NCBI RefSeq assembly: GCF_020745735.1
Contig: NC_083447.1
Coordinates: forward strand, 21,408,755-21,472,754
Length of the DNA: 64,000 nt
DNA from: Hemiscyllium ocellatum
Taxonomy: Eukaryota
Direction of reading: 5' to 3'
The translations under genes and the position numbers were made by a program. Below are positions 37,741 through 50,156 of this stretch, in pieces. Below the pieces are notes generated by a model that worked only from the letters and a program-made list of their open reading frames with translations, was not told the origin of the DNA and did no database searches. Numbering within the stretch: position 1 is the first letter of the stretch; each line of letters opens with the position of its first letter.

Positions 37741-38313
37741 CTCAATAACTTCCTGGAAGTGAATTCTATGCATTAATTATTTTTTTCACATTCATACTTG
37801 CTTTTTTTGCAGATCTGTCTTTTGGTCTCATCCACTTTCAATAGCAGACAGTTCTATGGGCTACCTCATTACCTTCAACTGTGACCCCTTGTTCTGGACT
37901 CATTGGAAGTGTCCTTCTTGAATTTACCCTGTTTAGTCTTGTTAGAATTTCATTGATTTCTCTGAGATGTCACCTCATTTTTCTAAATCCAATAAATATA
38001 GTCCTAACCAATCCAATCACTCTTCATGAACCAATCCTAGAACATAGAACATGCAGGTCCTGGGTCTCTTCCATCGCCATTCCTTTACCACCCTGCACCT
38101 GGAGGAAGAACCATTGAACACAAAATAGTACAGCACAAGAACAAGCCCTTTGGCCCACGATGTTGTACTGAACTTGATGTCAAATTAAACTAATTCCCTT
38201 TGCATACCTTTGATCCACGACCTTCCATTCCATGTGCTTATTTAAAAATTCCTTCGATGTCTTTATTGCGTCTGCCTCAACCATCACCCCTTACAGTGTG
38301 TTCTAGATGAAAG

Positions 38314-39095
38314 TTGATACTGCAGATGCTGGAGTTTAGAGTCAAGGTTAGAGTAGTGCTGGAGAAGCACTGCAGGTCAAGCAGCATCCGAGGAGCAGGA
38401 AAACTGACATTTTGGAAAAAGCCCTTCATCAGAAATGAGGCTGGGAGCATTGGGGGTGGAGAGATAAATGGGATGGGTGTGGAACTGGGGGGAAGGTAGC
38501 TGGCAGTGCCATAGGTGGATGGAGTGGGGGGGGGGGGTGGAGTTGGAGGTCAGAGGGGAGGGTGGAGTGGAGAGGTTGGAAGGAAGTTTGACAGTTGGGA
38601 CAGGTCATGAGAACAGTCCTGAACTGAAAGGTTGAAGGTTGGAACTGGGGTATGATTAGGTGAGGAGAAATGAGGAAACTGGTGAAATCCACATTGATGC
38701 CATGGAGTTGAAGGGTTCCAAGGCAGAAGATGAGATGTTCTTCCTCCAGGCACTGGGTGGTAAGGGAGTGGCAATGGAGGAGACCCAGGATCTGCATGCC
38801 CTCGACACAGTGGGAGGGGGAGTTGAAATGTTCAGACACAGGGTGGTGGGGTTGATTGATGTGGGTGTCCTGGAGATGTTCTCTGAAACGCTCTGCGAGT
38901 AGGCTTCCAGTCTCCCCAATGTAGAGGAGACCACATCGGGCGCAACACATACAGTAAATTACAAGTGTGGAAGTGCATGTGACGCTTTGATGGATATGGA
39001 AGGCTCCTTTGGGGCCTTGGATGAGGTGAAGGGGGAGGTGTGGGTGCAGGTTCAGCAATTTCTGTGGTGGCAGGGGAAAGTGCCAGATGATCAAG
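38314..39095 (-). mobile_element. Penelope-like element 3' fragment with GIY-YIG endonuclease and pseudo-LTR
   Basis: Minus ORF 38429-39094: VIYCMCCARCGLLYIGETGSLLAERFREHL...PVSEHFNSPSH...LIFCLGTLQLHGINVDF. Confidence 0.88.
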
Positions 39096-39149
39096 GTGAG
39101 CTGTTAGGGGCTGTAGATCTAACGGAGAGAACGATCTTTAGAGAAAGTG

Positions 39150-39830
39150 GATAGAGTCATAGAGATGTACAGCATGGAGACAGACCCTACAGTCCACCCA
39201 TCCATGCCGACCAGATATCCCAACCCAATTTAGTCCCACCTGCCAGGACCCGGCCCATATCCCTCCAAACCCTTCCTATTCGTATACCCATCCAAATGCC
39301 TCTTAAATGTTGCAATTGTACCAGCCTCCACCATTTCCTCTGGCAGCTCATTCCACACACGCAGCACCCTCTGCATGTATATCATGCTGTATCTTTCGAC
39401 AACCTTCTTCACTATCCACAACTTTTCTGATGTTTGTGCTTGCTGCAAATTTGCTAATACACCTATCTACGTTTTCATCCAAGTCATTTCCATAAGTCAC
39501 AAACAATAGAGGTCCCAGTGCAGCTCCCCACGGAACACTAGTTATAGGCATCCAGGCAGAGAGAAACATCTTCTCACCACTACCCTCCGTTTTCCATGGG
39601 CAGGCCAATTCTGAACCCATGAGGCCAAATCAGCATGAATCACATACATCTTCAACTTCTGGAAGAGCCCACCCTGAGGGACCTTGTCAAAGCCTTACTA
39701 AAATCTAAGTAAACAACATCCACTGCTGTACCTTTGTCACCTCCTCAAAAAATTTAATCAAGTTAGTAAGACGTGATCTGCCCTGCTGACCATCCATGAC
39801 TAGGCCACATTTTTCCAAATGTGTCTAAAT
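39150..39830 (-). mobile_element. CR1 LINE 3' fragment
   Basis: Minus ORFs RVWNELPEEMVEAGTIATFKRHLD and SVPWGAALGPLLFVTYGNDLD...KFAAST. Confidence 0.75.
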
Positions 39831-41259
39831 CCTATCCTAATCCTGTCATCTCAGGAATCAGTTGGAAAAATTTCACTGCACTTCCTTCTTAACTAGAACA
39901 TCTTAATCTGATTTCATACGATATTTCCTGTGTGGTTTCAGTAAGGTCTTATAAACTGTAGCAAGGCGTCCCTGCTCTTCTACTGAAATTGCTGAGGCCT
40001 AAGGACTGGTCCCCATTTTACCTCACTAGCTATTGCTTGTCATTCAGAAAAGAACCACATACACTTATTCTTTGTTTCCTGACTGCCAAGCATTTTCTAG
40101 CTATGTCAGTATGCTACCCCCAATGTGCTTTATTTTTACATAATTACCATAATATATATTCATAATTTGTATGGGGGAACTAAGTGTGACATCTCCAATA
40201 TTGCTGATGACACAAAGATGAGTGGGAGGGTGAAATGTGAGGAGGATGGTAACTTTGAACAGTTTGAGTGGGTGAAAAATGAATGACAAATGAGGTATAA
40301 TATAGATAAATGTAAGGTCGTCCTCCTTGTTAGCCAATACGGGAAAGCAAATTATTATCTGAATGGCAATATGTTGGGGAAGGGAGAGGTGCAATGAGAC
40401 ATTGCACTTGAGACATTGGTGACATCATACATCAGTCTCTGAAAGTCAATATGCAGATGCAGCAAGTAGCGTAAAAGGCAAATAGTACCTTCCTTCCCCT
40501 CTGGACATTGCATTCCCCATCATTTTGGGACATATCCATATCTTCCTTTGTGATTACAAATCAGATATGTGCATAACTGATCTGCCACCTGTGTTCCCCA
40601 TTACAACTCCCCTTGTTTGTAATTGTAAGGAACCATAATTTGCCTTCATTAATCTTTTTGATCACATATCTGTCGAGGCTTTTACAATCAGTTTGCATGT
40701 TCCTGACAATCTTACACTCACATTCCCGTTTTTCCTTCTTAATTAATCGATTTTCCTTTCTTTGCTGAAATCTAATTTACTTTCAATCGTCATGTCTGCT
40801 CTTTTCTTTCACCAATTTGAATGCTCCTTTCTTGGATCCGACACTATTCCTAACTTCTCTTGTAAGCCATAGTTGGGCCATATTTCTCATTTAGTTTTGT
40901 GCCAGGCAGAAATGAACAATTGTTGTAGTTCCTCCATATTTTTTTTAATAACAATTAAAAATTGTATGCATCTGTTATCACTTCTTAGAGCAACATTGAT
41001 ACATCTGTATGACTTTGTCAGCCATTTCAACGGAGCATTAACAGTCAACCATTATTGCAGTGTGTCCAGAGGACAAGTTGGGTAACGACAGTAGGTTTCC
41101 TTTTATTAAACCACATCAAGAAATCATTTAATTAATGACGAGTCACCATTGTTGGTAAAAGGTAGTTGTTTCGCAATTCCAGATTTGTTTACTGAAATGT
41201 AAAACATGGTTGCGTGAAGAAGGGATTTGAACTCAGATAATCACATGAAGAGATTATTA

Positions 41260-41385
41260 GGACAAAGTGAGGTCTGCAGACGCTGGAGATCAGAGCTGAA
41301 AAATGTGTTGCTGGAAAAGCTCAGCAGGTCAGGCAGCGTCCAAGGAGCTGGAGAATCGACATTTCGGGCATAAGCCCTTCTTCAG
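41260..41385 (-). mobile_element. Solo Penelope pseudo-LTR mini-insertion with 13-bp TSD
   Basis: TSD GAAGAGATTATTA at 41247-41259 and 41386-41398. Contains a hammerhead-like CTGAAGA-AGGGCTTATGCCC-GAAATGTC on the minus strand. Confidence 0.8.
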
Positions 41386-41485
41386 GAAGAGATTATTAAT
41401 CTACTAAGAAGACTCCTCTGCAATCTCACATTTTCATGTCAAATTGTTCTATTGGACAAATAAGGTCAATGCATATGTGTTGCAG

Positions 41486-41725
41486 CAGGTGATGTGTGGT
41501 AGTCTTTGTAACCACACATCCGGTTGTTTTTGTAACTGTTTGCACTGTTTGTCTTGTTTTGTTGGAAGCAAAAGGCAGCTGTGCTTTTATGACTGTACAT
41601 CCTAGCTGCTCTTTTGTTTCAATCTTTGCAACTTGACGTTGTGTTGTTTCCATTTTTGACAAAACCTTTGTTTTCAAAAGTGTTTGAACAGAACAGAACA
41701 ATCGACATTGTAGAAAGTACACGTG
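41486..41725. promoter_or_regulatory. Candidate TCR-beta enhancer module A (RUNX/ETS/TCF/E-box cluster)
   Basis: CAGGTG 41486, TGTGGT 41495, CTTTGTA 41504, ACCACA 41511, CATCCGG 41517, CAGCTG 41576, TGACGT 41634, CTTTGTT 41667, CACGTG 41720. Motif matching by eye only. Confidence 0.4.
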
Positions 41726-43367
41726 AGACCAGCCACATATCTCTTCTAAATTTCAACCAGCTGAATGACCTCTTTCAGCGCTTACCATCTTGTAGCTGCA
41801 TTATGGAGAGAATGCTTCCTCTGCTGGATGTTCTCTATAAATATCAATAACCAAATAATAGAGAGAGGAACAAATGTTACAAGCAGCATTTATTCCTGAC
41901 TTTTCATTCCCTATAGTATAGAAGATTAGGAGTGACCAACTGCATGTATTGAAGATGATTTAATCATTTGGTATGAAAAATAGACAGACACACTTTTTCT
42001 TTGATGGGAAATCAAGAACACGCAGCCTTAACCCTGAACTTAGATCTCAACTACCCAAGGGTGATGTCAGGAAGCATGTTCTCACGCAGAGATTAATGGG
42101 ATTATGCAAACCTTTTCCACTAATAAGATCAGGGTTTCAACAATGTTGAAATAAAAGTTTAGTTTTTGTGTGTTCTAAGTGTCATGGATGATAGCAGATA
42201 CATAAAGCTAAAATGGAAATTTGCTAACAAATGGAGATTATCAAAGGGCTCAACAGCCATTTTCTGCCTCTATGTGCTTTGCCTTTCAGTGTCAGTAATT
42301 GAATATCATGTTAGATGGATTGGCCATGCTAAATTGCCCATAGTGTCCAGGGATGTATAAATTACTTGAGGTGGCTAGGGTAATGCAGAGTTATAGGATA
42401 GGGAGGTGAGTCTGGGTGGAATGCTCATTGGTGAGTGGGTGCAGACTTGTTGGGTTGAATGGCCTGTTTCCACACTGTAGGAATTGTATTCTAGCGAACT
42501 TAACAGTACAAACTATCGTTTTGTACATCTGTAAATAAGTTATCTCACATGATGAACTTGTTCCCTGTCTCCACAGGTTAATAACTACAAGGAATTAATT
42601 CATAGAAGTCACCAACTGTTGCTTAGACAAGAATAATAAGGGGAAATCTTTCATTTCTAATAATAAATTCTTGCATCACAGATGATGGCCCTTAGTCCAG
42701 TCATTATGTTTGAAAGAGCCATTATATTATCTTCACTGACCACTCCTCACCAACGCTCTCCACTGCACATTCGGTGCTGTTAATACATAACTCTGGAGAT
42801 GTTTTGCTCCCCTCTCTCAGCAAAACAAAGTTTATCAGCATTAGTATCATTTCTGCAAACCTCTTGGAGCACACTTTATTAACATAAAAAAACAGAAGAA
42901 CTACGAGCAAAAGTAGGTAACTCAGACACTTGATCCTGCTCTGCCATTTAATCTGATCATGGCAGACTTCATCCTGACCTCAAAGTCACATTTTTGCCCG
43001 TTCACAATAATCTTTTAACTCACTATGAATTAAAATCAGTCTATCTCCTTAAATTTTTTCAATCCACTGCACTCGAAGGTAATGATTTCAAGTTTCCTGA
43101 CCCTTTGAGACAAATAATTCCCCTTCATCTCTGTTTTAAATCTGACACTGCTTAGCCTAAAATTACAACCTCTCATTCTAGATTACCCTCTAAGGGAAAC
43201 ATCTGCTCTATTCGACAGTACATTGTTAATATCCTTTAGTGCCTTATATAACTCAGTTGGATCTCCTTTCCTTGTTACAGTGAGCATAGGCTTTGCAAAC
43301 CCATAAGAACGGTTCCCACATTTTGATGCCTGACATTCGGTATGATTCTATACCTAGAGAGAGAGAG

Positions 43368-43426
43368 AAAGTGAGGCCTTGGATGCTGCTTGACCTGCTG
43401 CGCTTTTCCAGCAGCACATTTTTCAG
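43368..43426 (+). mobile_element. Short Penelope pseudo-LTR fragment with 14-bp flanking direct repeat
   Basis: CTAGAGAGAGAGAG at 43354-43367 and 43427-43440 flanks cttggatgctgcttgacctgctgcgcttttccagcagcacatttttcag. The repeat is low-complexity, so the TSD call is weaker. Confidence 0.6.
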
Positions 43427-43603
43427 CTAGAGAGAGAGAGATAGAGAGAGAGACAGAGACAGTGAGACAGGTAGGAGGTGGGGGAATAAAACATTTCTTG
43501 CCCATCTTTGATACATAAATTTTGTTCGTCAAAAGTACTGAGCATATTCAGGATTTGTGGCTAATTGAGACAGCTTGCATTTTAGAATGGACATTTAGAT
43601 GAT

Positions 43604-43775
43604 NNNNNNNNNNNNNNNNNNNNNNNNNNNNNNNNNNNNNNNNNNNNNNNNNNNNNNNNNNNNNNNNNNNNNNNNNNNNNNNNNNNNNNNNNNNNNNNNN
43701 NNNNNNNNNNNNNNNNNNNNNNNNNNNNNNNNNNNNNNNNNNNNNNNNNNNNNNNNNNNNNNNNNNNNNNNNNNN
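43604..43775. other. Assembly gap (172 N)
   Basis: Run of N, followed by a pyrimidine-rich simple repeat. Confidence 1.
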
Positions 43776-43929
43776 TTTCTTTCCTCCTTCCGTTCTTCAT
43801 TCCTTCCTTTCTTCATTCCTACCTTCCTTTCTTTTTTTCTATCTTTCTTTCTTTCTACCTATATATCCATTTCATTTCAACGACTGAATGGAGAGTATAA
43901 CAGAGAGCAGGTAGCAGCAAAGATTATTT

Positions 43930-44400
43930 TAAATCATATTTGATCATTTTATATTCCATGAGCATAGAAGGGATGAAGAAATGACAGACTGCTGGAAAGG
44001 AATCGACTTTGTTTGGATGAATTAGGGAAAATTGATTGAAGGAAGTTGATGAATAAACAGAAGGAAGTGAAAGTGAAAATGAGGGCAGTGTAGCAGGTGA
44101 ATCAATGAAAATAATCATTGAGAAGTTGTAAAGAGCAGTAGAAGAAAGGCTGAGGAAAAGAGTAGGAACGAAAGCAAGGAAGGAATGGAAAGAAAGACAA
44201 AGAGCGAAAGGAGCAAAATAAGGTAGAAAATAAAGTAGAGAGAAATAACGCATAACAACAATGAATAAAACAAGTTAAAGACAGCCGGTAGCAAGGAAAG
44301 GTCGAAATATGACAGGCATGGAACATAAAATACAGAAAGAATGGCAAATGGAAAAAAAAACAACTGAAGGTGGGGGGCATAAGAAATGAATAAACAGTAT
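43930..44400 (+). repeat. Purine-rich low-complexity tract
   Basis: A/G-biased + strand, similar in composition to 32900-33850. Confidence 0.65.
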
Positions 44401-44409
44401 GTTAAAGAT

Positions 44410-44660
44410 GGAAGTTCAGCTGCAATGTGCTTCAGCAGTTTTGTTAAAGGTGCACAACAACCACGTTGCTTTGCATGGACATCGCAGGTGCAGGAACTTA
44501 GGGATTCTTATCACCCAGGAGGAGACGAGAGAACATTAGTTCAGTCAGTACACCCTTAAACAGAGATAACCACAACTGCAGCTGGATCCATTCTGTCATA
44601 CCACAGAGTGGAACTTGGACGCGCTAACCTACTTTCAAAACCATGTGGTGGGCCTATCAG
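44410..44660. promoter_or_regulatory. Candidate TCR-beta enhancer module B (GATA/RUNX/E-box/ETS cluster)
   Basis: GGAAGT 44410, CAGCTG 44417, CAGGTG-CAGGAA 44485-44496, AGATAA/AACCACA overlapping at 44564-44574, CAGCTG 44579, ACCACA 44600, TGTGGT 44644, CTATCA 44654. Motif matching by eye only. Confidence 0.42.
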
Positions 44661-45235
44661 TGGAAAGCTGTATTGTGCAGTTTGAAAGCTCGGATCCCAC
44701 GACTTCCGTTCAATATATTTTTCTGAGCAGCTGTATGATGGCACCTCCCCCACGCCAAACCGCCTTCCGAGCTCTTAGCCCGAGAGCAAATCTTGCCTTT
44801 GAGTCAGAATTTCCAGAGATGTTCTACCAAACAACGGAAATTATTTTGGGCCTGAGATTTAATGTTAAAACATATTATTGTCTTGTTGTCAACTTTGGGA
44901 CTCAAACAGCTGAATACTTTGACAAAACATTACATTCCTCTGCCCACCATAACTGAAAGTATTCAAATATTTTTGATTGATATTGTAATCTGTCTTCGAC
45001 TTCTTCCAAAGTTACTGTCATTTTTAAAATTAATTCACAGAATGTCACTGGCCAAGGCACCATTTATTGTCCATCCTTTATTGCCCAAAAGTGAGACGAG
45101 AGTCACAAATGGAAAAGACCGGGTAAGAACTTGACAGTATTAGCAAGAACTTTCGAAAGCTGTTTGGGGGCAGATGGTCGGCTGGAAAATGGGAAGCCTT
45201 CAGAAATGAGATAATGAGAAGCCAGAGCAAGTATA

Positions 45236-47408
45236 TTCCTGTCAGGGTGAAAGGCTGGTAGGTATAGGGAATGTTGGATGACTAAAGACATTGAGGGTTT
45301 GGTTAAAAAAAAGGAAGCATATGTAAGGTATAGACAGGATAGATCGAGCGAATCCTTAGAAGGGTATAAAGGAATTAGGAGTATACTTAAGAGGGAAATT
45401 AGGAAGGCAAAATGGGGACATGAGATAGCTTTGGGAAATAGAATTAAGGAGAATCCAAAGGGTTTTTACAAATACATTAAGGACAAAAGGGTAACTAGGG
45501 AGAGAATAGGGCCCTTCAAAGATCAGCAAGGCGGCCTTTGTGTGGAGCCGCAGAAAATGGGGGAGGTACGAAATGAGTATTTTGTATCAGTATTTACTGT
45601 GGAAAAGTATATGGAAAATATAGACTGTAGGGAAATAGATGGTGACATCTTGCAAAATGTCTAGATTGCAGAGGAGGAAGTGCTGGATATCTTGAAACGG
45701 GTAAAGATGGATAAATCTGAAAATGTGTTGCTGGAAAAGGGCAGCAGGTCAGGCATCCAAGGAGCAGGAGAATCAACGTTCTCATGCCCGAAACGTCGAT
45801 TCTCCTGATCCTTGGATGCTGCCTGACCTGCTGGGCTTTTCCAGCAACACATTTTCAGCTCTAATTTCCAGCATCTGAAGTCCTCACTTTCTCCTAAAAG
45901 ATGGATAAATCCCCAAGACCTGATCAGGTGTACCCGAGAACTCTGTGGGAAGCTAGAGAAGTGATTGCTGGGCCTCTTGCTGAGATATTTGTATCATCGA
46001 TAGTCACAGGTGAGGTACCTGAAGACAAGAGGTTGGCACCATTTAAAGAAGTGTGGTAAGGACAAGCCAGGGAACTATAGACTGGTGAGGCTGACCTCGG
46101 TGGTGGGCAAGTTGTTGCAGGGAATCCTGAGGGACAGGATGTACATGCATTTGGAAAGGCAATGACTGATTAGGGAAAGTCAACGTGGCTTTGTGCGTGG
46201 GAAATCATGTCTCACAAACTTGATTGAGTTGTTTGAAGAAGTAATAAAGAGGATTGATGAGGGCAGAGCAGTAGGTGTGATCTTTATGGACTTCAGTAAG
46301 GCGTTCGACAAGGTTCCCAATGGGAGACTGATTTGCAAAGTTAGATCTCAAGGAATACAGGGAGAACTAGCCATTTGGATACAAAATTGGCTCAAAGGTA
46401 GAAGACAGAGGGTGGTGTTGGAGGGTAGCTTTTCAGACTGGAGGCCTGTGACCAGTGGAGTGCGACAAGGATCAGTGCTGAGTCCTCTATGTTTTATCAT
46501 TTACATAAATGATTTGGATGCAAGCATAAGAGGTACAGTTCGTAGGTTTGCAGATGACACCAAAATTGGAGATGTAGTGGACAACGGAGAGGGTTACCTC
46601 AGATTACAACAGGATTTTGACCAGATTGGCCAATAGGCTGAGAAGTGGAAGATGGAGTTTAATTCAGATAAATACGAGGTGCTGCATTTTGGGAAAGCAA
46701 ATCTTAGCAGGACTTATACACTTAATGGTAAGGTACTGGGAGTGTTGCTGAACAAAGAGACCTTGGAGTGCAGGTTCATAGCTCCTTGAAAGTGGAGTCA
46801 CAGGTAGATAAGATAGTGAAGAAGGCGTTTGGTATGCTTTCTTCTATTGGTCAGAGTATTGAGTACAGGAGTTGGGAGGTCATGCTACGGCTGTACAGGA
46901 CGTTGATTAGGCCACTGTTGGAATATTGCGTACAGTTCTGGTCTCCTTCCTGTCAGAAAGATGTTGTATAACATTAAAGGGTTCAGAAAAGATTTGCAAG
47001 GATGTTGCCAGGGTTGGAGAATTTGAGCTATAGGGAGAGGCTGAACAGGCTGGGGCTGTTTTCCCTGGAGCGTCAGAGGCTGAGGGGTGACCTTATAGAG
47101 ATTTACAAAATTATGAGGGGCATGGATTGGGTAAATAGGCAAAGTATTTTCCCTGGGGTCGGGCAGTCCAGAACAAGAGGCCATAGGTTTAGAGTGAGGA
47201 GGGGAAAGATATAAAAGAGACCTATGGGGCAACGTTTCCACTCAGAGGGTGGTATGGGTATGGTATGATCTGCCAGAGGAAGTGGTGGAGGCTGGTAAAA
47301 TTGCAACATTTAAGATGCATTTGGATGGGTATATGAATAGGAAGGATTTGGAGGGTGCTGGCAGGTGCAACTAATTTGGGTTGTACATCTCTATGACTAC
47401 GACTATGA
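45236..47408 (+). mobile_element. 5'-truncated CR1 LINE (RT domain and 3' end), interrupted by a Penelope mini-insertion
   Basis: ORFs RGKSCLTNLIELFEEV...MDFSKAFDKVP...SGVRQGSVLSPLCFIIYINDLD...RFADDTKIG and RLRGDLIEIYKIMRG; ends in a CTATGACTACGACTATGA tail. Confidence 0.9.
45718..45896. mobile_element. Palindromic Penelope pseudo-LTR mini-element nested in the CR1, with 15-bp TSD
   Basis: TSD AAAGATGGATAAATC at 45703-45717 and 45897-45911. The insert is an inverted pair (gaaaatgtgttgctggaaaag ... cttttccagcaacacattttc). Confidence 0.88.
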
Positions 47409-48149
47409 AGGATATTACTAAATTAAATGAGATTTCCCCCAATAATCATGGTCATCATTAGACATTTAATTCCATATTTTTAAGTATGAATTCAAGTTCA
47501 AGAATCTGTAATGGTAGTCTTACAGCCCCAGAACCTGGAACATTAGCAACGATACCACCAATCCCGGTAATGTAGCTTGTGTGCTCATTGTCGTAAAGAA
47601 CCAGATGTATAGATAAACAAGTGTATGGAGATTGGATGAGATGAACTTAGGTTTAAGTTTAGCAAGAAAGGCAGAGAACATGAGAAAGACAAAGAAAGAA
47701 GTGATAGTGGGGAGGTTGCACAGAAAGAAATAAGCAAACTTAGGAGAAGAGAGGATGGAAAAAAGGCTTGTGAGCTAGAGGGAGTTCAGTGTTAGAGGAG
47801 GTGACAGATAAAAGCAACGAGAGAAACAATGAAATAGGAGTCAAAGAGCTACTATCTCCAACGGAGATTATTCCAAGTTGTCTCAACCTTTTGTGCTTGC
47901 AACGTGCTAAAGCAGGCCTAAAGACTGAATTGATACACGAGAATGCTTTAATCTTTGTGTGAGGTAGCGATGAAGTTCTAATGTTCCTGGGCTTGTAATC
48001 GAGAATACATGGCTCATGTAATAGGAACCTGGTTTCTCATATCACAAACTCAATAAATACTTGGAATTAAGATGTTGCCTAATGGTGACCTTTTACTGAT
48101 TGTCATAAAACCCTTCTGGGAGTGTTAATCACCAAGAATCTGTCCTCGT

Positions 48150-48600
48150 CCACCCATTTATCAGTGTGTAGTATCTAGATGCATGATAGCATTGTATGGA
48201 AACTGTTGCTCACCAGACTGCAAGAATTTATAGAGAGTTGTGAACACAGCCCTCTCTGCCACGCAAACAAACCATCTATCCATTCATTCCATCTATACCT
48301 CTTGCTGTATTGAGAAAGCAACCAACAGAATCAAAGACCCCTCCAACCCTTGTTATACTCTTCCACCTCTTCCATTGGGCAAAAGATTCAAGAATTTTTT
48401 TTTGCTGCTGTTGTCAGACTTTTGAATGGACACATCAAATGTTAATGTTGATCTTTCTCTCTCTGCACCTTTTCTGCAGTTGTAACACTGTATTCTGTAC
48501 TCTATTCTGCTACCCTGATGCACTTTGTACTGTACAATCAGCCATGAAGATCACACAACATAACACCTTCCACTATATATAGGTACATGTGACAACAATA
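48150..48600 (+). mobile_element. Rex1/Babar-like LINE 3' fragment
   Basis: gaatttatagagagttgtgaacacagcc...aacagaatcaaagacccctcc; related fragments at about 30280-30780 and 31050-31300. Family assignment is from memory. Confidence 0.45.
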
Positions 48601-48714
48601 AATCCAACTCAAAGTCAAACACCTTTGGGAAATCTGTCTTCCTTAGCTGGTCCAATCTAGGTGTGACTTCAGAACAACTGCACTGTGGATGACTAGGGAT
48701 GAAAATTAAGATTA

Positions 48715-49010
48715 GATTACTTACAGTGTGGAAACAGGCCCTTCGGCCCAACAAGTCCACACCGACCCTCCGAAGCAAAACCCAACCATACATTTTCCCC
48801 TTACCTAACACTACGGGCAATCTAGCATGGCCAATTCACCTGACCTGCACATCTTTGGACTGTGGGAGGAAACCAGAGCACCCGGAGGAAACCCACGCAG
48901 ACATGGGGAGAACGTGCAAACTCCACGCAGTCAGTTGCCTGAGTCGGGATTTGAATCCGGGTCTCTGGCACTGTGAAGCAGCAGTGCTAACCACTGTGCC
49001 ACCGTGCTGC
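48715..49010 (-). mobile_element. HE1-like tRNA-derived SINE
   Basis: Reverse complement begins gcggcacggtggcacagtggttagcactgctgcttcacag (A-box-like) with a B-box-like gggttcaaatcccg, and ends in a CR1-type (ctaatcta) tail. Confidence 0.8.
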
Positions 49011-49989
49011 CCGCAAAGTGGGCTGGCCTAGATAAATTAAGTGCCTAGATAAATTTAGATAAATTAAGTGGCCAAATTAAGTCCTGGCCTAGATAGTGAT
49101 GCAAACATCCTTTGAATACATGTATTAAAATACATGTGTATTTTAATAAGAGACTGTGTCAGTTTCGAGTGTTGGTTACTTTTCTATAGAAAAGAGAAGG
49201 CTGAGTAGGATTCTGATGTGCATTTAAACTTACCAATGTGTTCGATAAGGTAGATATAAGAATAGATACGTTTGCATTTTGTGGAGATCAGAAATAGAGG
49301 CAATAAATATAGGGTCGTATGCTCGAAACGTCGAATTCTCTATTCCTGAGATGCTGCCTGGCCTGCTGTGCTTTGACCAGCAACACATTTGCAGCTGTGA
49401 TCTCCAGCATCTGCAGACCTCATTTTTTACTCATCATTAATTAATACAAATCTTATTCCCATGATGATAATGACACTTGGGAGATTTTGGAGCAATTACT
49501 GAATCAGAGAACACAGAATACAGAATTCACGACAACAGGAGAAATACTTGAGGCAAAGATAGATGTCTTTAAGGGGAATCTGGAGACACAGTTAATGAAG
49601 ACATGGACAGAGTGATATGCTCAAGGGGTGAGGTGAAGAGGAATAGAGAAGATTAATAGGTCAGAAATATTGGCATGGAACAGATGGATTCTTTGCCTCT
49701 TTCTGTGATGAAAGCAAATGAGGTTTCCTTGTTCTGCATGCACAATTGGGAAACTGTCCAAACCCAGAAGAGACCGAAATGAATCATTTTGTGATTATAT
49801 ATGCAGACTACAGTAGCATAATGGTAACAGAGGACAGAATTCAAATTCATTCAGTGCAACTGAAGAATTTAAATTGAATCAATTAACTAAAAATATGAAA
49901 GAAATGTTCATCATCAATAATGGTAACCTTGCAATCATTAGGTATTTCAAACACTTCTGATTTGAAAGAAACATGCTAGCCTTACACGA

Positions 49990-50125
49990 TGAGAATTAAG
50001 GAAAACCCCAAGGCATTCTACACTTATGTGAGGAACAGGAAGATGACCAGAGTGAGTGTAAGGCTGATCGGAGATAGTGGATGAAACTTGTGAATGGAGT
50101 CAGAGGAGTTGTGGTGTGTGTCTGT

Positions 50126-50156
<31 letters not shown>

